From positions 3,844,001 through 3,908,000 of the forward strand of contig OX597831.1 of assembly GCA_951406725.2 (NCBI GenBank): DNA of 64,000 nt. Direction: 5' to 3'. Numbering within the stretch: the first letter of the stretch is position 1; every line of letters begins with the position of its first letter. The notes below the pieces were generated by a model, which searched no databases, had not been told where the DNA came from, and saw nothing but the letters and a program-made list of their open reading frames with translations. This document shows, piece by piece, positions 55,010-64,000 of this stretch. Source of the stretch: Octopus vulgaris. Its lineage: Eukaryota. Both the position numbers and the translations under genes were made by a program.

Positions 55010-57994
55010 CTGTGTTTGTCCCCTTAGCATTGCTTGACAACCGATGCTGGTGTGTTTGCGTCCCCATCACTTAGTGGTTCGGCAAAAAGAGACCGATAGA
55101 ATAAGTACTGGGCTTACAAGGCGGTGCTCCAGCATGGCCACAGTCAAATGACTGAAACAAGTAAAAGAAAAAACAAACTAAGGATTTGAGGTGTTTTGGG
55201 GAGATCAGTGTCGGTGCTCCATAAGTGTTACTTATCTCGTAACGCAAAAGCAAGCAAGCAAGCAAACCAACGATGATTTTTCTCTAAATATTCTCCCGAT
55301 TAATTCCACCAGTGTATCACTGGTATTGAATTCACTAGCCCAGGAGGAATGAAACATGAAAATAAACTCTTTGTTTTGAAAGTGGCTGGGCTGCAGAAGA
55401 CTATGGGGTACAGAATCATGCATCTACTTACAGCAGCATCACCACCATCACTCTGACCCATGGCAGGACATGTTTTTACACAAGATTGGAAATTAATGAC
55501 ATGATGTGTATAGAAATAGCAACGGAATATCCTTCATATCACATCTTGCTTAACCAAAAATTGACTTAAATTTAAAGCAATATCTTGTACAACAACCACT
55601 TGAGTATTTCTGAAGCATTTTGTTATAATATCACTGTTGAAATATACTGTCTTTGTTTAAATTATTTTCTGGAGAGAAAACAAAATCATAATTCAACATA
55701 ATAGGCGCAGGAGTGGCTGTGTGGTAAGTTGCTTGCTAACCAACCGCATGGTTCCGGGTTCAGTCCCACTGCGTGGCATCTTGGGCAAGTGTCTTCTGCC
55801 TTGTGAGTGGATTTGGTAGACGGAAACTGAAAGAAGCCTGTCGTATATATGTATATATATTATGTGTTAATTTGTCAAAATATGTGTTCGTTGCTAAAAT
55901 CCGCGACCTGTTCATTGATGCACAACGGATGCTGGTGTCAGTTTACGTCCCTGTCACTTAGCGGTTCGGCAAAAAAGACCGATAGAATAAGTACTGGGCT
56001 TACAAAGAATAAGTCCCGGGGTCGATTTGATCGACTAAAGGCGGTGCTCCAGCATGGCCGCAGTGAAATGACTGAAACAAGTAAAAGAATAGAATAATTT
56101 TGTCTTTATTAAGCCGGTATTTGAAACTTAAATTCAGTTCAAATTTTGGTGAAAGGATAAGTCGATCTTGGTGGAAATTGAAATCAAAATGTAGAGACTG
56201 ACGCAATGCCGTTAAGCCTTTTTCCATGGTTTGCTAGCGGTTATGCTAGCTCGCCGCCATATTCTGAACGTAAATTAACATGAAATATTAATGAAAGGGT
56301 TTTGAAGGAGTCTGTATCATAAAACCAGGGGCGATTTCAGGCGGGGTGGTATCAAAAGGGTAACAGGAACACCGGAAGGACACATTAGATAATATATTCC
56401 TAGATACACTGCGCATACCTGTCTGAAAATAAAACAAACAAACAAACCCTCCAAAAACGACGGGATGGTCAACGTGTTTGGAACGCCTCTGATCATAGAC
56501 CAGCTTCACCAGCAATAAGGTCAAGCATGTTGCTTCGATTCAGAATTGACCTAGGGCGAAAATATCATCATCAGCAACCAACAACAATAGCAAGAAGAAG
56601 AAGAAGAAGACGAAGGCGAAGAAGCAGCGGGAGGAAAAGGAGAAGGAGATGAAAACGAAGATAGGAGAAGAAGGAGGGCGCTGGGGAAAAGGAGGAATGA
56701 TGAGGAAGATGAGGATGAAGGAGAAGAGGACGATGTAGAGGAAAATGATGGAAAAGAAAAGGGGCATGAGGAACTGGGAGAGGAGAATGAGAAAAAGAAG
56801 AGAGATGAGGAAAATAGGGCGGAGGAAGTGGATGCGGTAGAAGGAGAGAAAGAGGAGGGAATGGAGTAGAAAAAGAGGAGGAAGGGGAAGAGTAACTTTG
56901 GCCAAGCTAGAACCTGCACATGGTCGCTCCTCATGCCAATATGGCAGTGAATTCCCTTTCAAATCATGTCCCTCCATCTTGATATTGCTATACGTTATTG
57001 AATATTCCCGAATATAATATGGTAGAAAAAAAAGAAACTCGGATGGTGAAAGGTTGAATGTCAGCCGAACCGTGTAATGGATTGTCAAAGATTTTTTTTT
57101 CAACATAAACGAACAAAAATTACAAAATATTCACACACACTACCACCATTCAACATTTGAAAAATACTCCAGTCAATATCGATAAGACGTCGAAATTGTG
57201 ATGACTTTTGGTCGATAACTGATGAGGGGTGAACGCACCCACGCCCTTTGTGTACATTTCCTTTCTCCGTTTATTTCTTCGCTGTCCTGCCGTGTAACAT
57301 TTTTCTACATACGTACATACATGCATACATACATACATACATACATGCATACATACACACACGCACGTGCGTGCGTCTCTAAAGGGAAATTAACAATAAC
57401 AATGCAGTAACACCAATGATAGAAAAAAAACCAATATTACAGTTATCTCCATTTCTAACGGTTGTCACAGGTTCGAAGGATATATCAAATTAAAAGCGGA
57501 AAATAGATACAGAAAATTAAAAAAAAAACACCCCTAACGATTTCCTTCGGACCACCCACTAATTATCATTATAACACAAATTGCACATCAATGAAGGCAA
57601 TTTTACAAACTTCAAAAGCGTCTTTACACAACTTATGAGGTTTTTATTCTAGCATGGCGTTCGGCGTGAGCGCTATTGCTGCCATTTTGTTGTTATACAT
57701 ACGATGCTAATTATTCTGTATAGTGTTTTATTCTTAATTTTGTGGTTTCCGATGGATACAAATGTTTGTCAATTTTCTGTTTCTCCATAGTATGCCTGAT
57801 ATTTTCCACTGGATTCGGTCCCTGGACTGCGGTCGCGCTGGAAGTACCGCCTCGAAATGTTTTATTTTAGAGGAACATATCACTCTAGTATCTCACTTTT
57901 TTTTAAGGCTTGGTACGTATTTTATCGGGTTTTTTTTTGCCGAGCTGCTTGAATACAGGGATGGCGGCGTGAGACAAGCACACACACACACACG

Positions 57995-58056
<62 letters not shown>

Positions 58057-58330
58057 TATATTATATCTATAGGTTAGTAGAGTTAGAGGAATAAAAGTAT
58101 CCGTTATACTACCAGTATAATTACCTATGTTAACCCTGGACATACATATGCAAGCATTATATATATATCTATATATATATATATATAAAGTTAATCCAAA
58201 CAAGAAAGCACAAAAAAAAACACAACAACGCGAGGACGTGGAACAAATATAGTATTATTGGACGCTCAGGAAAGAAGGCAAGAAGGAGGGTTTAACGTTT
58301 CGAGCGGAGCTCTTCGTCGGGTGTGTGTGT

Positions 58331-58543
58331 GGAGGCGCGTGGCTTAGTGGGTAGGGTGTCAGCATCATGATCGTAAGATTGTGGTTTCGTATTCCTAGAC
58401 CGGGCGACATGTTGTGTTCTTGAGCAAAACACTTCATTTCACGTTGCTCCAGTCCACTCAGCTGGCAAAAATGAGTAACGCTGTGATGGACTGGCATCCC
58501 GTCCAGCTGGGGAACACATACGCCATTGAAACTGGGAAACCGG
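58331..58543 (+). mobile_element. tRNA-SINE with CORE-like body and gatggactggcatcccgtccag block
   Basis: Head ggaggcgcgtggcttagtgg. Its blocks are shared with 41190-41483 and 31720-31970. Confidence 0.8.
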
Positions 58544-58732
<189 letters not shown>

Positions 58733-58780
58733 TTAAAATTATATATGAAAGAATGGAGTTGAACGACTAGTTATCAAATA

Positions 58781-58878
58781 TCCTTTATTCTCGACATATG
58801 TTTCGAAGGCTGCATATTCCTAATTCCGAAGGAATAAGGAGTACATTATGCAGATTTCTCATCAGGAAAATCAAAGAA
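58781..58878 (-). ncRNA. Type I hammerhead ribozyme with fully canonical core
   Basis: tctttgattttc-CTGATGA-Gaaatctgcata...tatgcagccttC-GAAA-catatg-TC|gagaataaagga. It has a G-C pair at the helix II base, the palindromic helix III acatatgt and a GUC triplet (predicted cut between 58793 and 58792). Confidence 0.8.
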
Positions 58879-59079
58879 CTTATGTCTATGCCTAGGGACG
58901 TAGCTTCAACCGTGTTCTTTCTGATGTGAATTTGCTATCCATGTATCGGTTATCGTTCGAATTATCCTTAATAAGATAATTAATTCAATTATTCAAATAT
59001 ATATATATATATATATATATTTGTAAAAAATGAAGTTCGAAAATGCTGCTATAGTACACAAATTTTTTATTTTTATATA

Positions 59080-59400
59080 TACATTATAACATGTTTCGGT
59101 TCTTGAGAACCTTATCAAAAAAAAGTTATATATAAAAAAAGATAGTTCATGCTATCAAATATAAAAAATTCATTTATAATATACAATAGAGTCAGACATC
59201 AAAAGTTCCTATATCGTGAAGTGAGTTCGTTCATGCTATATGTTTAGAGAGTATGATGTAGTGGTTCATAGTGGTGATATGCATTCAATATAAAAAATAG
59301 ATCAAAGTGGTGATATGCAGTCAATATAAAAAATTGGTGTTCCTGAAAGAGCGAGGAATTCATTTTAGATTTTACCTTGAGGAACTGTGATGACTTTTGG
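59080..59400 (-). mobile_element. Probable Penelope-like element 3' remnant with degenerate hammerhead
   Basis: The decayed peptide ...QEHQFFIL...NELTSRYR resembles the PLE endonuclease C-terminus (EKxxIL...LNxRxELxSxCR). It is followed by tTGATaA-ggttct-ca-agaacc-GAAA-catg-TT at about 59088-59118. Confidence 0.45.
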
Positions 59401-59460
59401 TCGGTGTTCGCTGGATCGTTCTGGCGAACCTTGTGAATTGTTTGGGTTTTATATCACCTG

Positions 59461-59760
59461 TTAGGTGGCCAGTCCAGCGTAACGTGACGTCATCAACGTT
59501 TTGACCAATCGTTTCTTTAGGTGGCTTAGTCAAGCAGAACGGAACGTCATCAATATTCCGACCAATCCCGACCTATAGCTGTATTAGCTCTGCCCCTTGT
59601 GTGTATCCTGTTTTGACCAATCGTTTCGTTAGGTGGCTTAGTCAAGCAGAACGGGACGTCATCAATATTCTGACCAATCCCGACCTATAGCTGTATTAGA
59701 TCTGCTCCCTGTTTGCACCCTGCCAGGTGACCAGTCGAGCAGAACGGGACGTCATCAATA
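59461..59760. repeat. 112-bp tandem repeat (two full and two partial units) rich in CCAAT and GACGTCA motifs
   Basis: Units start at 59499 and 59611 with ttttgaccaatcgtttc. Confidence 0.85.
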
Positions 59761-59765
59761 TATAT

Positions 59766-59854
<89 letters not shown>

Positions 59855-59910
59855 ATGTGTGTGTATGTTTGTGTATATATATATATAAATACACACACAC
59901 TCACATATAG

Positions 59911-60156
59911 AGTTTCAGCTCATGAGCTGTGGCCATGCTGGGGCACCCCCATTTAGTGTTGCTACATAATTTTACTTCACTTCAGAAATTTACATTTGGT
60001 GCATGAGGATGTTTGATGCCGCTGCCTTATTCTGCACTTCCTGGTGTGAAGTTGATTCATCTGGGACACTTCACAGTAAGCGGTCCAGTTTCGTTTTGAA
60101 AACACCTAAATTCACCCCATGTAGGTCTTTGAGGTCCTTCGGGAGGATATTGAAGA

Positions 60157-60158
<2 letters not shown>
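59911..60158 (-). mobile_element. CR1/L2-group LINE extreme 3' end
   Basis: LFNILPKDLKDLHGVNLGVFKTKLDRLL*SVPDE, then the 3' end gggggtgccccagcatggccacagctcatgagctgaaac. Confidence 0.8.
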
Positions 60159-60216
<58 letters not shown>

Positions 60217-60452
60217 ATAAGATCGTTATTTAAATACCGATCTTATCAGGTGGCCTGTATGGGAATAAAAATCTTCAAAGGTAATAATTATTATTAAAAT
60301 TATAATTTAAGGTATCTAAGAGATACCACCACGCTGGAAATAGCAGCCAAAATTGACTCTAAAACCACATTAAATGTTCATACAGCACCAGCAGAGAAGA
60401 CAAAAAGACAAAATAAACTAGCAAAAAAAAAAAAAAAAAAAATTACTGGATA

Positions 60453-60511
60453 ATTCCAGATCCCGGATTTCTGAATCTGCATAAGAAAAGCTCTGCCTTC
60501 ATCAGTGGAAT
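60453..60511 (-). ncRNA. Candidate minimal hammerhead ribozyme
   Basis: attcca-CTGATGA-(poorly paired helix II)-GAAA-tccggga-TC|tggaat. Helix I is a perfect 6 bp and the triplet is AUC. Confidence 0.5.
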
Positions 60512-60672
60512 ATACTCAGATAGTACATAGATACAAATATATATATATATATACAACATACGAATACTTACATATACAGACGTAGACATATATAAATATG
60601 CACGTTTGCACACGACCAGTTTAAATTGATATATATATATATGTGTGTATATATACATACGCGGACACACAT

Positions 60673-60705
<33 letters not shown>

Positions 60706-61307
60706 CACACACTCACACACACACATAAACACACACAGACACACACTCACTCATGCATTTATTGGACTGAAATCTTCACAGCCCCCAGTATGGTTGCATC
60801 CCAATGAATGACTGTAGCAAGTAAAAGATAACGATAGCTACACCATCGTTATCAAACCAATTGAAATGAATTCTATCTTTATTGAACTAATTGAAAATTT
60901 ATCCACCAAGCTACTGAGTATTAAATGTCCAGGAATAAGATAGATAATGAAAATCAGACAGTGAATTGATCGAAACGAAGATTAGATATAACTATTGTAA
61001 GCATACACACTAAAGATAAAGATCAAAAGCCCAGAGACTTCTAATACTGAACTCTAACATTCGAACAAAGAAACAAATTTTTAATTTGAATGTGAAGTCA
61101 CAAAATTTTTATATGAGTACAAAGGCTAAATTTTTAATACGGGTACACGAGCACAAATTTTAAGTATCTTTGTATGTATGTATGTATGTATGTATGTATG
61201 TATGTATGTATGTATGTATGTATGTATGTATGTATGTATGTATGTATGTATGTATGTATGTATGTTTGCAGGCATATACATACATACATATATACATATA
61301 TACATAC

Positions 61308-61340
<33 letters not shown>

Positions 61341-61400
61341 GATATATATACATACATATATATGTATATGTATATGCATATATATATTTATATGTATATG

Positions 61401-61436
<36 letters not shown>

Positions 61437-61471
61437 CATACATATATATATATATATACATACATACATAC

Positions 61472-61525
<54 letters not shown>

Positions 61526-61563
61526 CGGTGGCTTATTCGCAATTTTACAACCGAAAGGCACAA

Positions 61564-61596
<33 letters not shown>

Positions 61597-62117
61597 TGTA
61601 TGTATGTATGTATGTATGTGTACATGTATCAAAAATTCTGATACCATGCACACTGCTTCTTAGCGTAACACAAAATATATATCTACGATTATTACTTTAA
61701 AAAAAATACATCTTTACTCTGGACTTCCGGTAACGCATGTGTAATGATATACAATAAGCGTCTCGAATTAACTGCAGCATAACTACACATATGTGCCCAA
61801 ACAAATTTCTTTCCTCATGTCTTTGAGAAAAATGGATATTCCTTTAATGGAATTTTTTACAAATTCGCTCCAGATGACGTAGATTCCCATCATATCGGAA
61901 TTTGTCGTGATATAAATCTACACCCGCCAAAAAGGTGATGGCTGTCAGTATGTATGTGTGATATCCCACAATTTTTATTTCCATATCAAATTCTGATATG
62001 GTCCCGGGTTCAGTCCAGCTGCGTGGCACCTTGGGCAAGTGTCTTTTACTATAGCCTCGGGCCGACCAAAGCCTTGTGAGTGGATTTAGTAGACGGAAAC
62101 TGGAAGAAGCCCGTCGA

Positions 62118-62171
<54 letters not shown>

Positions 62172-62369
62172 ACATGTTTGTGTGTCTGTGTTTGTCCCCC
62201 CAACATCGCTTGACAACCGATGGTGGTGTGTTTACGTCTCCGTAACTTAGCGGTTCGGCCAAATAGACCGATAGAATAAGTACTAGGCTTACAAAGAATA
62301 AGTCCTGGGGTCGATTTGCTCGACTAAAGGGCCGCAGTCAAATGACTGAAACAAGTAAAAGAGTAAAAG

Positions 62370-62435
<66 letters not shown>

Positions 62436-62969
62436 AAGAATAGACGTCTTCCGTTTGGTTTGTATCAAAAGGGTTGACAATAATGTTGAAAGAAAGGGCT
62501 GAATCTTTCACTACAAATAAACTTAAATATAACGGTATTTACTATGATAATGTTTTCAGTAACGAATACTAACTGTATTAAAAACGCATCGTAGTCTATG
62601 TGTATGTGTGTGTGTGGGGGGTGGGGTGAAGGAGGGATGTATATGCACTCACATATATATCAAAATTTATTGGCAGTATTTCGGTAGTAATTTTTCATTG
62701 CTTTATAAATGCCCGTTCTTTTAATATAATTTCATTTCATCTTATAGCTCTGCTTTACATTTTCCGTTATTGATGTTCGAGTTTCATTGATGTTGCATGT
62801 CTGGCGAGTATTTTTCCTACATGTATATATGCCACATGTATACTTACGCATATACACTATTGGAATATATGATACAATGATATCAAACCAAAGTAAGATA
62901 TGCTACCTAAAGATATTTTCACTGTTCAAAGAACACTTAAAATGTAACTAGTAGCGACTTCTCTTGAAA

Positions 62970-64000
62970 ATGGACAAAATTTGGCATCGTCGTGTTATCA
63001 AGTACTTGCAGAAAAAGGGTTTAGCCCCCAATAACATTCATGATGACATGGTTGCCACATTAGGGGACGACGCTCCAGCTTATACAATAGTGCAAAAGTG
63101 GGCAGATGAATTTAGGAGGGAAAAGGAAAGTCTTGAAAATGACCCTAGGTTTGCACGTCTTGTTACTGCCACCACCGAGAAAAACATTGATCGTGTTCAC
63201 CACACACTGACGAATGATAGACGATTGACTATAAATCAAATAATCAATGCTATTAGTATACTATATGAGACACTTGAGAATACTCTGCGCAATCTACTTG
63301 GCATGATGAAGGTTTCTGCTCGGTGGGTGCCGAGTCTTCTGACACCTAACCAAAAGCGCATCAGGCTGATGGCATCACGGGATATTAGGACATTGTTTGA
63401 GGCAGATCCAGCTGGTTTCTTTGAATGTTTCCCAACCCAGGATGAGTGTTGGGCTCATCACTTTGAGCCCAACACTCATTCTGGGTTGAGACTATCCAAA
63501 AGAGACTATCCAAAAAAGACCTACACCAAAGAAGGCCAAGGTCGTTTCACTTGCAGGGAGGGTAATTGTCTGAGTTTTTTTGGGATATAAAAAGCTTTGT
63601 GTTTATTGACTATCTTCAAAAGAGTCACTCTATCAATGGAGAGTATTATACTAATTTGCTGAGGCAGTTACGAAAGGCTATCAAGACAAAACGACAAGGA
63701 AAACTGACGAAAGAGTCTTGTTTCATTAGGACAATGCTCCAAAACGCAATTCCTTGATTTCAATTGCTGCAGTGAGTGACTGTAGCATTGAATTTGTTGA
63801 TCACATTCCCTGTTCTCCTGGTTTGGCCCCATCTTTCATTTCTTCCCCAACATGAGAAAACACTTGGCTGGGTACTAGTATTGCAGTGATGATGACGTCA
63901 TATCTACTGTTGCTGATATTTTTTGACCGACAGAATGAAAGTTTCTTCACCAATGGGATCCGAGCACTGCAACACCGATGGAAGAAGTGTGTGGAGCTCA
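62970..64000 (+). pseudogene. Mariner (Mos1/Hsmar-like) transposase pseudogene, running off the window
   Basis: HTH region, KVSARWVPSLLT (WVPRxL), TQDECWAHHFEP (TGDETW), FH*DNAP and HIPCSPGLAP (HPPYSPDLAP), with frameshifts and stops. Confidence 0.93.

Noticed and set aside
57195-57245. CTGATGA followed by hairpin gggtg-aacg-caccc
   Set aside because: No GAAA follows the hairpin and there is no helix I or III, so it is not called a hammerhead.
61700-61996. Unique-looking segment that could be a coding exon
   Set aside because: No recognisable protein in the frames I read; the listed ORF is mostly SINE B.

Overview
This is eukaryotic, repeat-saturated, gene-poor DNA, most likely a coleoid cephalopod (Octopus). 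That assignment is inferred from the dense (TA)n/(CA)n/(TACA)n/(TAA)n microsatellites and the tRNA-derived SINE families. Nearly all ORF-track entries are microsatellite or SINE artefacts. Recognisable content: about 40 SINE copies in at least three modular families; LINE remnants (RTE-like, CR1/L2-group, Dong/R4-like inside (TAA)n, HERO-like); two decayed Tc1/mariner transposases; and several MITE-like elements. The only host-gene piece I recognise is an EXOSC3/RRP40 exon 1 (41719-41925, minus strand), with a good start context and splice donor but UAG at a conserved Trp codon. Structural reading also found at least six type I hammerhead-ribozyme folds with tiny helix III and long helix II, in what look like Penelope-like terminal-repeat remnants next to microsatellites. 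No rRNA, true tRNA, CRISPR array or intact multi-exon gene was seen. Alignments and folds were done by eye; family names come from recalled motifs, not database searches.
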